This document shows positions 29,359-41,000 of a stretch of DNA of 64,000 nucleotides, piece by piece. Positions within the stretch are counted from its first letter, which is position 1. Each line of letters starts with the position of its first letter. The notes under the pieces were generated by a model. It searched no databases and was not told the DNA's origin. It saw nothing but the letters and a program-made list of their open reading frames with translations. Position numbers and translations under genes: made by a program. Source of the DNA: Polyangiaceae bacterium (lineage in GTDB: Bacteria; Myxococcota_A; Polyangia; Polyangiales; Polyangiaceae); NCBI GenBank assembly GCA_044376115.1, contig JBILLK010000010.1, positions 192,001-256,000 of the forward strand, given 5' to 3'.

Positions 29359-32115
29359 GTGATTGACGCATTGGATCTTCCAGAATTGCCGGAAACCGCG
29401 CGGCACGAGCTTCACACACTCGAAGGGCTCAGTACTGGCCCCCGACGCGACGGGAAGCTGTCCAAAGCGACGATCCAGCGCTTTGGTGGGAAAGCGGCAA
29501 TGCTCGCAGACCTAAAGAGCCTGGGCTTTCCGGTCCCCGCCGGCTGGGTGCTCGATGCGGGCGCATTCACCCGCATCGTCGACGAGCAGTTGCCCCGCGG
29601 ACACGACATCGCCAGCCTGGTCAAACTTGCCGGTACGCCAGAGGGGACAGACCGTGCCGCTCGTGCCCGCGACCGGATCTTGGAGGGCGAGCTAACGACA
29701 GCGCTGGCGAACGCGCTGCGTGCGCTCGCGGAGGTGGTAGGGCCACACGCTCCGTGGGGGTTCTCGGTTCGCTCCAGCGCCACCAGCGAAGACGCGCGGA
29801 CATCAGCGCTCGCAGGGTTCGCTACATCGCTATTGGGCGTGCGTGGCGAGGTCGAGTTGGCCAATGCGGTCAGGCAGGTTTGGGCCAGCCTTTATCTGCC
29901 TCGAACGCTCCTTTACCTACAGAAGTGGGGCATCAAGAAGATCGCCATGCCTGTCTTGATCATGCCCATGGTCGAAGCGACGGCGACGGGGGTGATCTTC
30001 ACCGCACCTCCAACCGGTCTGGCTGGCCCACGGTGGGAAGAGTCCGAGCGGCTCGTGCACGCAACCTTTGGGCTCGGTGCACCTGTGGTCGACGGAGCCA
30101 CGGTCGTTGATAGCGTTCGCATGACCAAGTCCGGCGTCGTGGTTGAACAGGTCATCGCCGACAAGCTGAGTGAGCTCGTCGTAGGAGCCGCTGGCCTCGA
30201 GATACGGCCGCTGCCAACTCCACGTCGGACGAGCGCCTGCCTTTCGGCGGCGGTGCTAGGTGAGCTATCTCGCATTGCGAATTTTCTCGTCGAGCGTCAC
30301 CAGGCTGCACTCGAGGTTGAGTTCGCCGTTACTGCACAATCGGGGACCGGGCCCGAACGCGTGGTTTTGCTGCAGGCGCGGCCTGTCGCGGGCGGGCTTC
30401 ACCCTGAAGGTGGTGATGAGAAGACGGTCTGGTCGCGTGCCAATGTCGGTGAAGCCTTGCCCGGCGCAGCTACGCCACTCACGTGGTCCGTCGCTCGCCG
30501 CTTCTCCGATTCTGGCTTTCGCGCAGCGCTGTCGGCGTTGGGTTGTCGGGTGCCCAAGGGAGAGGTGTTGGTCGCCAATGTCTATGGTCGCTTCTACCTA
30601 AACCTAACGGTGTTCATGCGGGCGGCGGCGCAGGTCCCTGGGCTTTCGCCACGTGCGCTCTTGGGTGAAAGCGGAGGTGCGCCCGAAACGCTCATTCGCT
30701 TCCTCGAGCAAACGAGTGAGCCGACCAGTAAGCGGCGGTTCCTTTTGCAAGCGCCGTTCACGCTTCCTAGCCTGCTCGTGCGGGGACTACGGCTAGAGGC
30801 GGAGGTTCATAACTGGGAACAAGGCGCCGAGAGACGTAGACGGCAGCTGGTCGATATTGACTTAGCGGTGTTGCCCGATGACGCGCTCGCGCAGACGATG
30901 GGCCACGTGTCAGACCTATTGGTCAGTGCCGGAGAGCTGATGCTTACCTGCGCCTCGGCCTCGCTCGCAACCCAGCTAACGCTCAAAGCCTGGCTCAAGC
31001 GGGTGCTCGGCAAAAGAGAGGATCACCAGGTCGGCACGGACCTCGACCGCGAGACCAGTCGAGTCGCGCAGGCGCTAACCGGCGGTATCGCTGAAGTCGA
31101 GAGCGCGAATCCTGGGTTGTCGCTGCTTCGAATAGCCAACATCGCTCGGGAGGAACCGTTGGCTCGACAGGCCGTAGAGAGCGGCCAGGCCAGGACCATC
31201 GCAGACCTTCCAGCTGGGCCGACGCGAGCCGCGTTCCTAGAATTTCTCGGTAAGTTCGGTGACCACGCCGTGAAGGAAGCAGAGCTCTCGACGCCCCGAT
31301 GGCGGGAGGACTCGTCGGCGCTCTTGGCGATGTTGGCGGCAGCGCTGCGCGGGCCGGCGATCGACCCGGAGGCCGGCCCCACGCGCGCACGACTGCTAGC
31401 CGACCGTGAGCTCGCGAGCCTGGAGGCGAATTGTGGCCTCACCGACGTAGCCATCCTGCGAGAGCTGGTGTTGCGCGCGCAAAGCTATACCCGGCTGCGC
31501 GAGCGCATGCGCGCCTGGGTGACCCGCACGTTGGGCCTGATTCGCGTGGTTGCACTCGATATCGATCGCCGACTGCGTCACCTCGACCCTTCGCTCGCGC
31601 CGGAGAGCGTCTTCTTCTGTACCTACGAGGAGCTGGCCGTTTCGCTGCGAACGGGCCGCGCGGACGTAGCCCACATCATTCGACTGCGTAAGGCCGAGCA
31701 CCTGCGAGATCGGGCGCGACCCGATCCGCCGACGACCTTCATCGGAAGACCACCCGCGGTTTCGCTGCCGCCTTCGGCCGCTCCAAAACTGACGGGATTC
31801 TCAGCAAGTCCGGGGGTCGCGGAAGGGGTCGCGCGCGTGGTGGGCCCCGGCGCAGACCCGGCGACAAACCTCTGCCCCGGCGAAATCCTGGTCGCGAGGA
31901 CGACCGACATCGGGATGTCACCGCTGTTCTTGCTCGCCGCAGCCGTCGTCACTGAACTTGGCGGGCCGCTCTCGCACACGGCGATCGTCGCGCGCGAATA
32001 CGGCGTTCCGGCCGTCGTCAACGTCGACGGCTGCACCTTGAGCATTCGCACGGGGGACCGAGTTCGGGTGGACGGCGACCGAGGTACCGTTGAGCGACTG
32101 TCGACTAGCCGCTGA
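29359..32115 (+). CDS. PEP-utilising / PPDK-like phosphotransferase (ATP-grasp, central helical domain, swivelling His domain; rifampin phosphotransferase-like architecture)
   Basis: FGGKAAML, VRSSATSED, GLGAPVVDG, LLQARP; WSRANVGEALPGAATPLTWS; ASPGVAEG, TELGGPLSHTAIVAREYGVPAVV. GTG 29359 chosen so the gene does not overlap the divergent esterase. Confidence 0.85.
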   Translation: MIDALDLPELPETARHELHTLEGLSTGPRRDGKLSKATIQRFGGKAAMLADLKSLGFPVPAGWVLDAGAFTRIVDEQLPRGHDIASLVKLAGTPEGTDRAARARDRILEGELTTALANALRALAEVVGPHAPWGFSVRSSATSEDARTSALAGFATSLLGVRGEVELANAVRQVWASLYLPRTLLYLQKWGIKKIAMPVLIMPMVEATATGVIFTAPPTGLAGPRWEESERLVHATFGLGAPVVDGATVVDSVRMTKSGVVVEQVIADKLSELVVGAAGLEIRPLPTPRRTSACLSAAVLGELSRIANFLVERHQAALEVEFAVTAQSGTGPERVVLLQARPVAGGLHPEGGDEKTVWSRANVGEALPGAATPLTWSVARRFSDSGFRAALSALGCRVPKGEVLVANVYGRFYLNLTVFMRAAAQVPGLSPRALLGESGGAPETLIRFLEQTSEPTSKRRFLLQAPFTLPSLLVRGLRLEAEVHNWEQGAERRRRQLVDIDLAVLPDDALAQTMGHVSDLLVSAGELMLTCASASLATQLTLKAWLKRVLGKREDHQVGTDLDRETSRVAQALTGGIAEVESANPGLSLLRIANIAREEPLARQAVESGQARTIADLPAGPTRAAFLEFLGKFGDHAVKEAELSTPRWREDSSALLAMLAAALRGPAIDPEAGPTRARLLADRELASLEANCGLTDVAILRELVLRAQSYTRLRERMRAWVTRTLGLIRVVALDIDRRLRHLDPSLAPESVFFCTYEELAVSLRTGRADVAHIIRLRKAEHLRDRARPDPPTTFIGRPPAVSLPPSAAPKLTGFSASPGVAEGVARVVGPGADPATNLCPGEILVARTTDIGMSPLFLLAAAVVTELGGPLSHTAIVAREYGVPAVVNVDGCTLSIRTGDRVRVDGDRGTVERLSTSR

Positions 32116-32133
32116 GCAGGAATCGTTATTAGC

Positions 32134-32826
32134 GTGACCCTCGACCTCCTATTCGAATCGGCGGACTACGCTATTGTCAATAAGCCGTGCGGTATCGCCA
32201 CCGAGCCGGACAAGAGTAAGGCGGTCAGCCTGCGAGACCTGGTCGCGGCCCATAGGAAGGTAGCGCCCCACGCCGTTTCGCGGCTCGACCTAGGCGTGAG
32301 CGGCGCGGTGCTGTTCGCAATCAGTGACCGCGGCAAGCGCGAAGCTGCCAACCTGCAACAGGCTGGAGCGCACCACCGGCGCTACGTTGCCCTGGTCGGG
32401 GCTCCGCTGTCTGCCGCGAATCCAGCGTGGAACAGCGCCATCGACCAGCGCGCGGCCTCCACGCGCTTGCTGTTCGCTGAGACGGCCGACCGGGCGGTTA
32501 CCATGCTTGTGCTCGCGCCTGAGACAGGGCGAACGCACCAACTGCGGATTCACTGCTCACGCGCAGGTGCACCCATCCTCGGAGATCCGAAGTATGGCGG
32601 GCCACGCAACCTGACGTTGGCGAGCGGCGCAGTGTGCGCCCTCCCGAGGCTCTTCCTTCACTCCTATGCGTTAGGTTTTGCGACCGAGCTGGTCGGTAAT
32701 CGCTTACCACGATTGATCTTCGCTCCAATCCCAGAGCCCTTCCTCTCATTGTGGCAGAGCTGTGCAGGTCCGGAGAGCGCGTGGGAGCGAGCCAAGGATG
32801 CTTGCTCCGAAGTGACTCAGCGATAG
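32134..32826 (+). CDS. RluA-family RNA pseudouridine synthase
   Basis: IVNKPCG, SRLDLGVSG (catalytic Asp), TGRTHQLRIH, PILGDPKYG, LFLHS. Confidence 0.9.
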   Translation: MTLDLLFESADYAIVNKPCGIATEPDKSKAVSLRDLVAAHRKVAPHAVSRLDLGVSGAVLFAISDRGKREAANLQQAGAHHRRYVALVGAPLSAANPAWNSAIDQRAASTRLLFAETADRAVTMLVLAPETGRTHQLRIHCSRAGAPILGDPKYGGPRNLTLASGAVCALPRLFLHSYALGFATELVGNRLPRLIFAPIPEPFLSLWQSCAGPESAWERAKDACSEVTQR

Positions 32827-33437
32827 GGGTACTGGCCTTCTATCTGCGCGCGAACGTAGCGACGAGTACTGCCTTCATCCAAACTGCCAGCGCGCTGCTC
32901 CTGCTGATAGAAGATCGCTAATTCACCGAGGATACGGTCGTGGTTGAAGGCCCATGGCAGCGCCGCGAGCGCTTCGGGTTCAACCTCAATCCATCGGACC
33001 TGATTGACCTCCCCTGGCTCCGCATGAGCGTTCGTGGGCTCGACTCTTCGCTTGAGCTCGACCACGAACCGCGCCGTGACGTTCTGCCGGTTCGCTTGCG
33101 GGTCGCTTTGCACAAAGATGGGCAGCGCTGGCACGATCGCCTCTCCGCTGGCCTCCAGTGTGCGGAGGTCGAGACCTGATTCCTCGAACACCTCGCGTCG
33201 CACCGCATCATCCAGCGACTCATCCCAATCGAGATAGCCACATACCAGGCACCACGTGCCGCTGAAGTCTACGGCGGGACCACGCTCGCCGACGAGCGCA
33301 TAGACCTTGCGTTCACTCGAGTCGTAGCAAAGTACGATGGCCGTAACCGCCACCGAGCGAGACTCGAATAGCACCTTGCCCGGTTCGACTTGGTGGCGCT
33401 GATTCTGACGATTCGAGAAACGAGGCCGCTCCGACAT
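32817..33437 (-). CDS. Nudix hydrolase
   Basis: SRSVAV, WCLVCGYLDWDESLDDAVRREVFEESG Nudix box, WAFNH. Confidence 0.88.
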   Translation of the reverse strand: MSERPRFSNRQNQRHQVEPGKVLFESRSVAVTAIVLCYDSSERKVYALVGERGPAVDFSGTWCLVCGYLDWDESLDDAVRREVFEESGLDLRTLEASGEAIVPALPIFVQSDPQANRQNVTARFVVELKRRVEPTNAHAEPGEVNQVRWIEVEPEALAALPWAFNHDRILGELAIFYQQEQRAGSLDEGSTRRYVRAQIEGQYPYR

Positions 33438-33521
33438 GCCGCCAGTTTATGCAGGCGGGCGTCGGTGGAGCCATCACATTCGCCGGCTGGCCAGGGCGAC
33501 GCGGGCTCGCAGCTAATGGCT

Positions 33522-33872
33522 CTAAGCCGTGCTGCTTGGCTCGAGCGCCTGAACGCTGACCAGGAGAGCTTCAACGGCCTCCCAATCGAACAGAGCAACG
33601 TCGGCTTGCGGTGAAAGGCCACGCATGGTGGTCGCCACGGAGCGCAGGGCCTCTGTCCTCGTGGAACCGGTCTCGTTTGCGACGGCCACTTCAACGCGGT
33701 CCTCCGAGCGGATGGTTGCCTCGACGCGCCACCTGCCACCACTCTCATCGTTCACCGGCGCAACGACCACACGCATCCGGGCTCCCTCGCAAGCAAGGTC
33801 ATAACCGCGCATGTGCATCGTGCGGTTCTGGTCGACAATACGCAACTTGGTGCGCGGGCTTTCCTTCTTCAT
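33522..33872 (-). CDS. Small hypothetical protein
   Basis: GGAGG RBS; 116 aa with compact alpha/beta pattern (WRVEA, TRTEALRSV, FDWEAVEALL). Confidence 0.65.
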   Translation of the reverse strand: MKKESPRTKLRIVDQNRTMHMRGYDLACEGARMRVVVAPVNDESGGRWRVEATIRSEDRVEVAVANETGSTRTEALRSVATTMRGLSPQADVALFDWEAVEALLVSVQALEPSSTA

Positions 33873-34086
33873 TGCATCCTCCGAGATTGACTCTTCGCCG
33901 GCTCCGTTGCCTAGCCAACGAGACTCATCAATGGCCTGCTCACGTGGATGACACAGGAAATCCGCTAACTTTGAGGCGACGGAAGCAGCCTAACACGCCT
34001 GCTCTGGGAACGCTCGCAATGAGAGCGAGCAGCCGAGTTTAGCTACGCAAGGCGCGCCGTTTTATCGCCATATCGCTAATAGCCTA

Positions 34087-35070
34087 TCAAGCTCGGACAA
34101 CCAGATAGCGCTCTCCGAATCGCAACAACATCTCCGCTGCTGAACCTGGCTCCACGTCCTGGGCGCTCGTGGCGCTGGCTTGGAGTACGAGCGCCATCGT
34201 TCGGAAGGCGCCCACGGTCTTGCGCTCGCTCTCGCTCAAGGGCTGGCCGCGCGTCTGCGCGTAGGCCGCAACGAAGCGATCGGACTCCTCAGGCGTAGGA
34301 GCTTGCTCCGCATGAACCGAGCTGTTGCGGAAGCTAGCCGCCGCAAGACCGATGGCACCAGCCGCCGGCACATGGAGGAGCTGCTCCCAGCCGCGGACAG
34401 CGCACAACGAGTCAGCGCCAAAGCGGACGTTGCGCTCGGACCAGCCCAGGTGCGTGACCACCCACGGCTCGGAAGGCGCCGCAACGCGCGTACGCGCTGA
34501 TTCTGCCAACTCTTCGAACTCCTCGTTGGGGCGCGCGGGTGGAGCGGGCATCAAGGGCGTAAACGGCGGCCATCGCTCGAGCGACCAGCGCAAGAGACCG
34601 GCGGAGCCGGGTGACGCCTGCTCGCTCAGCGTGGTCGCCAGCTGTACGAAGCGATGAAGTTCCTGAGCGAGCTGCGCCACCGTTGGTTGCGACAGCGCTT
34701 GCGTGGGCTCACTTTCGATCATGAGCCAGCCCTGCGGCAATCGAACCGGGCCGACCACGAATTCTGGCGCTGGGTAACCCGAGTCCTGCATCGCGCTGGC
34801 GAGCGTGGCTGTCGCCGAAAGCTGCGCCTCGACCTCGGAGCCAAGTACGAGCGCCGTCACCCGGCGTTGGTCTTCTAATTCAATCAAGAGCCGTGGGAAC
34901 TCCGCAGCGACCACGCTGACCGGATCCGAACCGACCCAAACGGCGAACGCTCGCTCGAGCAGCGAGCGGGCCTGCTCCTGCGTGCAACCGACTAGCGGAT
35001 CACCGACGCCGATGCGCACAAAGTCAGCGCGGAGTTGCGCGACCGCCTCGTCCAGCGACAAGTGCCTCAT
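34087..35070 (-). CDS. APH/choline-kinase-like fold protein with degenerate catalytic motifs
   Basis: GYPAPEFV, LAQELHRF, VVTHLGWSERNVRF, AVRGWE, PTPEESDRFVAAY..RG.PLS; ATG 8 nt after the stop of the TPR gene. Confidence 0.6.
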   Translation of the reverse strand: MRHLSLDEAVAQLRADFVRIGVGDPLVGCTQEQARSLLERAFAVWVGSDPVSVVAAEFPRLLIELEDQRRVTALVLGSEVEAQLSATATLASAMQDSGYPAPEFVVGPVRLPQGWLMIESEPTQALSQPTVAQLAQELHRFVQLATTLSEQASPGSAGLLRWSLERWPPFTPLMPAPPARPNEEFEELAESARTRVAAPSEPWVVTHLGWSERNVRFGADSLCAVRGWEQLLHVPAAGAIGLAAASFRNSSVHAEQAPTPEESDRFVAAYAQTRGQPLSESERKTVGAFRTMALVLQASATSAQDVEPGSAAEMLLRFGERYLVVRA

Positions 35071-35077
35071 GCAAACT

Positions 35078-38000
35078 TCAGCCCTGCGCCGAGCCCCAAA
35101 CGACTCCCAACTTGCGCCGTTCAACGTAGGCGTCTTGCGTCAGAGCAAATCGAATCAGCTCGTTGGCGACGGGGTGCCCGAGGAGGAAGCGCGCCGTGTC
35201 CCCCGTGCGTGCGAGCTCCGGTTCGACCCAACGAAGCACCTCGATACCGCCGAGCAAGTCTCCCGAGAGCGCATAGGCGACGCGCAGCTCACTGCGACGC
35301 ACCGCCGAAACAAACCCCTGCGGATTGAGGGCGGCAGAGATGCCTTGTGCCCGTTCTTGAAGCAGCTTGCGTTGCACTCGGCCGATCGCCCGCTGCATCG
35401 GAGCGAGGCTCGCCGCGAGGGAGTGCTCTCGCTGGGGGCTCAGTTCACCCAAGCCCCACTGCGGGAAGATGGATCGCATGGCCGAGGTCAGCAGGCCGTC
35501 CACACCCTCGGGAGGTACGTCATCGATGAAGGTGAGGCCGAGAGCGATGCGCGCAACCAGCCGAGCAAAGGTGAACACCTGCTCGCCCTCGGGGAGCTCC
35601 GCGATGCTCGCTGACGCTACGATTGCTGGGGGGTCACCAGCGATGACGCGGGCCGGCCCTGTCCAGTTGGCCGAAAGGTAGAACTCGTATTCGCTGACAC
35701 CGAAGGCCCTCGCCACGCGGTCGAGCAGCACCCGAGATGGATGCCCATCCCGCGCGTTGACACGGTCTCGCGAGGCAATGCCGAACGAACTCAGCGTAAA
35801 GCCGAGCACCTTCGGGACGATCGCCTGAATCGCCACAGCGACCTCGATGAACGGCGTGCGCGCCTCGGAGAACAGAAAGCCTGAGAGCTCCTTGGGGCCA
35901 AGGGCGTTTGCAAAGGGCGCATCGGGCTCGAGCCGGCGGGTGCGCAACTTAGCGAGCCGCTCCCCCGATACTTCACCCAGCAGCGCGCGGAGCTCTTCGA
36001 CGGGTAGCTTTTCATCGGCACGCCCATCGGTCGCAAGCGCTGCATCAAGACACGCGAGCACCGCGGAGAGGATCGATCCAGTCGCGGCCACGCACGCACT
36101 GCGCACGGTGTTGAAGGCGCTGGGCTCCAACAACCGAACCAACGTGTCAGAGTCGGTGGTCAAGAGCTCGCGCAACACGAGCACGGCGTCCTTGGTGCGC
36201 CCGGCCGACAACAAGCCGAGTCCGAGCGCGGCGCGCAACTCCACGAGGGGCGAACTCTGCCCCAGCGTCGGTTGGACCACCGAAGCAGCTCCGATGGCCG
36301 TCTGCAAGTGCGCGAGACCCTCGTTGATCCGCTTGAGCAGGTTCAGCTCGAGCAAGCCCAAGGTGTAAAGCCAGCGGGCCTCCAGCGGACGCCGACGGGC
36401 CTTGGCCATCTCCAGGATCTGTTCGAGTGCGTGCGCGAGACCCAGTGCGCCGTCGTGCGTCTCTGCGCGGTAAAGCCGCGTGAGCACGGTGAAGGGTCGA
36501 ACGTCGTTTGGAGTGGAGACCACGGCATCCGAGAGGGCCCGCAACATGCCGGCGCCGTCGTTCGCCTCGCGACATACCTCCGCCACCCGCAGCTGGTACT
36601 CGGTGCGCTGCGCCAAATCAGTCTCGCATTCGGCAAGCCGCTCCAAGCTCGAGCGCGCTAGAGCCTTGTCACCTGTGCGTACGGCCAACGCGTGAAGTCG
36701 CTCGAGCGCCAGCTTGTGGGTCGCATCCTGTTTCAAGATGTTGACCAGCGTGGCCTCAGCAAGAGCTGTGTCAGCAAGCGGCCCCTCGAACAGATCCACC
36801 AGCGCAAACAGCGCGGTTAGGCGCTCTTTCTTCTCGCTGTTTTGTGAAAGCTCAACGATGCGCTGCAGCGTTTCACGCGACTCGCCCCAAGCTTTCTGAG
36901 CGTTGTACAAGCCGGAGAGCACGAACAGCGAGCCGAGCTCTTCTCCTTTGGCGTCCATCGCTCGGCGGATGGCCGAGATGGCGGGACCGTAGTCGAGCCG
37001 AGCGGCATCGCCCTCGCTGCGGTGGATGCGCAAGTAGGCCTGCGCAAGCTCAGCCCCGACGAACGCAACCTGAGCTGGCACCGACATACGATCGAAGGAG
37101 TCACGGAAGCGCTCGATCAAGCGCCTGGGTTCGTTCACCAACATCGCGTTGAGGGCGTGCGCCGCGTCGCGATTCTCAGGGTCGGTATCGAGCGCGAGTT
37201 CAAACAGCTCGAGGGCCGCAAGGTCGTCACGCAGCTGCGCCGAGGTCAGATCGGCGGCGCGCACGTAGAGAGCGGCCTTTTCTTCGGCCTTCGGCGTGAG
37301 TTTGGCCAGCGCGAGTTGGCTTTGCACCACGGCGCGGTGATCGGCGAGCTCGCTGCCGAGCCGCTCCAAGCCGCGCGCTGCCAAGGTCGAGGTCGGCCAC
37401 AGCAGCAAGGCCTCACGATAGCCCTCGAGGGCGCGAGCCGGATCGCGATCGACTTCGGCGAACTCGAGCAAGGTCGCTTCCTCGATGTGGTAGGCCGCTC
37501 GACTGATTGGGTCGATCGTCAGCTCGCGGCGCGCGCGTAGCGCTGCCAAAAGCTGGCCACGCGCAGCAAGCAACGCAGGGTGCGGGACGCTCACGTTGTT
37601 GACGAGCCGACTCGCAACCCGAATCAACGCATCCAAGGCGCCGACGTCCGCAGGGTCTTCACGAATGATGCGACTGAGGGCCTCCAAGGTATGGGCTGGC
37701 CCAACGCGCTCTTCGAGATTGACGACCTCCCACAGCGCGCCGGCGCGAGCCACTCTCGCTCCAAGCACCGACCCTTGCGCGAACAACAAGTTGCTGAGCG
37801 GGCCTGCCTCGCCGAGCGTGCGGCGCAAATGAACGAGTCGCCGCAACGCCGGCACGTGCTTCGGCACGACCGTCACCAGCGCATCCAGCACCTCGCTCGC
37901 CTGCGCTGGGCTTGTCTCCTCGAGCGCGAAGGCCAAACCGACGCGCAACGTGTGATCGATCGCGGCCGGCGGCTTGCGTTCCAACCATTTCGCGTAGAGC

Positions 38001-41000
38001 CGCATCAAGCCGGCGTCGTCGCCGAGGCGAAAGAGAATTCGCTCGGTCGACTCGAACACGGTCGAGTCCCAAGCGGGCTCGGGCGCGGCCTGTAGCGCCT
38101 CATCGCATGCGGCGAGACTGCGGAGCGCTGCTTCGTCGTCCCCGAGGCAATGCTCCTCGACTTCGGCCGCCATCATGTGGAGTTGAGCCAGCGCGCGAGG
38201 CTCGGCCTCTTCCCGCGCCATCGACTTGAGCTCCGTGACGAGCCGCTTGTGATTGCGTGTTTGGCGAAGTAGCCGAACGAGCGAAAGCGTCGGCAAAGGA
38301 TGCGCCGGTCGCAGTCGCTGGGCTGCACGGTAGGCCTCCACGGCGTCGCCCGGTGCTTTACGGAAGCTCTCGTCGAGATCCGCTACCTCGAGCAACGTCT
38401 CGAAGGCTGCATCGGCGTCATTCGCGACGAGCGACATCAACGTCTTGCGTGCGTCGTCGTGGCGGTTGAGCTTGCGCAGCGCTCGAACACGAGCCCGACA
38501 ACCGTCAATATCGTTGGGCCGCGCTACCAACGCCTTGTCGATCAAGAGCAGCGACTTGTCGATTTCGTTCTTGTAGTCAGCGACCTCGGCCGCCTCGAGC
38601 AAGAGCCTCACGCGCAGCTCGACATCGCTCGTGCGGCTGGCCTCTTCACCCAGGGCGAACAGCAACTTGTCGGTATCCTTCGCGCGGCGGGCGTTGCGGG
38701 CGAGGGCGATCAATGCCGAACGGCGACCGGGCTCGATCGCGAGCATGCGCTCGGCGACCGAAATCGCCCGATCAGGGCGATCGAGTTCGTCTTCCCAAAG
38801 TACGAGCACCTTCTCGAGCAGGGCGAGCTTGTGCTCGCGGTCCGACTCCACCGCTGCAGCCTGCTCGTAGAGGTCCACTCTCTGCTCGCTGATCTTCGCG
38901 ATTTCAGCGGTCGCGCGGTGCGGTCGGAGCAGCCCGACCAGGCCATCGAAGGTGGTGCCGTGACCGGGCGAGAGCATCCAAGCACCGCGCAAGGCGTCAA
39001 CCGCTTGGTCATCCTGGTTGAGGTGACGCGAGGCGATGTCACTGGCGCGCAAGTAGGATTGCAGTCGCTCGCGCGTTGGCCGCTCTGAGTTTGCGGCGAG
39101 CAGCCACATGCGAACGCGCTCGGCATGTCGCCCCATGCGCTGCAGCGATTGGTCGAGACTCTCGCGTACCGAACGATTGGTTGGGTCGCTGGCGAGCGCG
39201 CGCGCCGAAGCGTCTGCGGCCAGGTCCGCCCGGCCGAGCCGTCCGTAGGCGTCGGCCAGCCGCACGTACTCGAAGCCGATCGCTTCGCGTTTGCTAAGCA
39301 GGCCGAGCCGCTTGACGCGGATGTCGACGATGCGCGCGAAGTCGTTGTCCTGCTCGAGTTGGCGCAGCAGCTCGGCGAAGACGCGCTCCTGCGTAAGCGA
39401 GCCACTGGAGACGCATGACTCCGCACGAAACAAGGCCGCGACGCCGTCCCCGCGCGCGACGTTACGATCCAGGAGGATGCGCGCCGCCGCGTAGTTGAGG
39501 CGGGCTGTACGCTCGGCATCCCCTTCGCGTTCTCCTTCGACGCGCAGCGCTTCTGCCAAGCCACCGTCGCGATCGTTGCGGGCGAGATGTCGCAGCATCG
39601 CGCCGCGCACAGGACCAGGGTTGGGCGCGAGCGCAACTGCTCGTGTGAGGGCAACGCGCGCGGCCGGAACATCGGCGAGGGTGCGCTCCAAAATGTGAGC
39701 GCGTTCAACCAATAACCACGCAGCGAGGATGGCGTCTCCGCCCGCACCGTCCGGCGCGCAGGCATCCGCCCAAGTCTGAAGATGCTCAGCCAACGCGGCG
39801 CCAAACTTCTTTGGCTCGAGCGCATACTCGCGGCGCAGCACCACCTCCAAGCCCTGCAACGCAGCTGCGTTGCGCGGCGCAAATCGAAGCGAGTCTTCGT
39901 AGGCTTCGCGGGCAGCAGCAAAGTCATTGCGCGCCTCGTGCAGACGAGCCGCCGTTGCATACAGCGCGCCTTTGGCAGCGTCGGTTTCAGCCAGCGCGAT
40001 CTCATCGGCGAGCACCGTCAGCGATTCAGGCGTGAGCGCGAGCAGACGCCGCAAACGGCTGGCAGCCGACGGAAGCGCGCGCTCAATCTGCCGAGCGCTC
40101 TCGTAGTGCTTCTCGGCCCGCGCGCGATCTCCGAGCACCCATTCGCAAAGCAGCCCAAGTTCCACGTGCGCATGTGCGGCGCCCTGAGGGTCCTCACGGA
40201 CCAGACGGTCTGCACGCGCCTTGAGCTCTTGGTCGAGCGGATTCTGCGTACCGCTCGGCGGCGGCATCGAATCGGCGCGCGTTTGAGTCGCGGCCACGAC
40301 GTGGCGCTCGGCCTCTGGCCGACGCGATGCGGGACTTCCAAGCTCGGGAGCCAGCACAACAGGCTGCGCCGGCTCTTCAGCGACGGCTTCGACCACAGCT
40401 GCTTCAAGCGCGGCGGAATTGCCGGCGGCGGGGCTGGCAACGACGGGACCCGCGGGCGGAACCGACGGCCCCGCGTCACGCGTGCGCACGCGCTCAACGG
40501 TGGAACGAAGACTGTAGCTACCCGGAGGCCTCGAGGCGCTCACGCGCGGAGCCTCGGCGCGAGCCTGGTTGACGTCGGTGCGTTCTGCATCCGACGTCGC
40601 GAGCACGCCCGGCTCGACGTCCCAGGCGATAGCGTCCGCGTCCTCGATCTCGGTGTACGCGTCTTCCGCGGGTTGCGCGCTGCTGACAGCCGGAGGCTCA
40701 ACCTCCGCCGGGGTCGCGGCAGCCGAGGGCGCACTGCCGTACATCAAGGTCTTGCCTTTGGCGGGGACGGATGACTCGTCCGCACCCACGCCCAGCTGCG
40801 TTCGCGGGAGATTCGCGGTGGAGGGACTCTTGGGTGGGATCAAGCCAGGCGGACGCAGAGCAGCTGCTGGCCTCGGCGGGCCACCGAGACCCGGCGCGGT
40901 GGGTGGACGTAGCTTTGACGCTGCTGCATCGGCGCCTTGTCGGGCTCCCCACGTAGGTGCAACGCGTGGGGGGCGGGGCTTGTTGTTTCCGCCCTCGACT

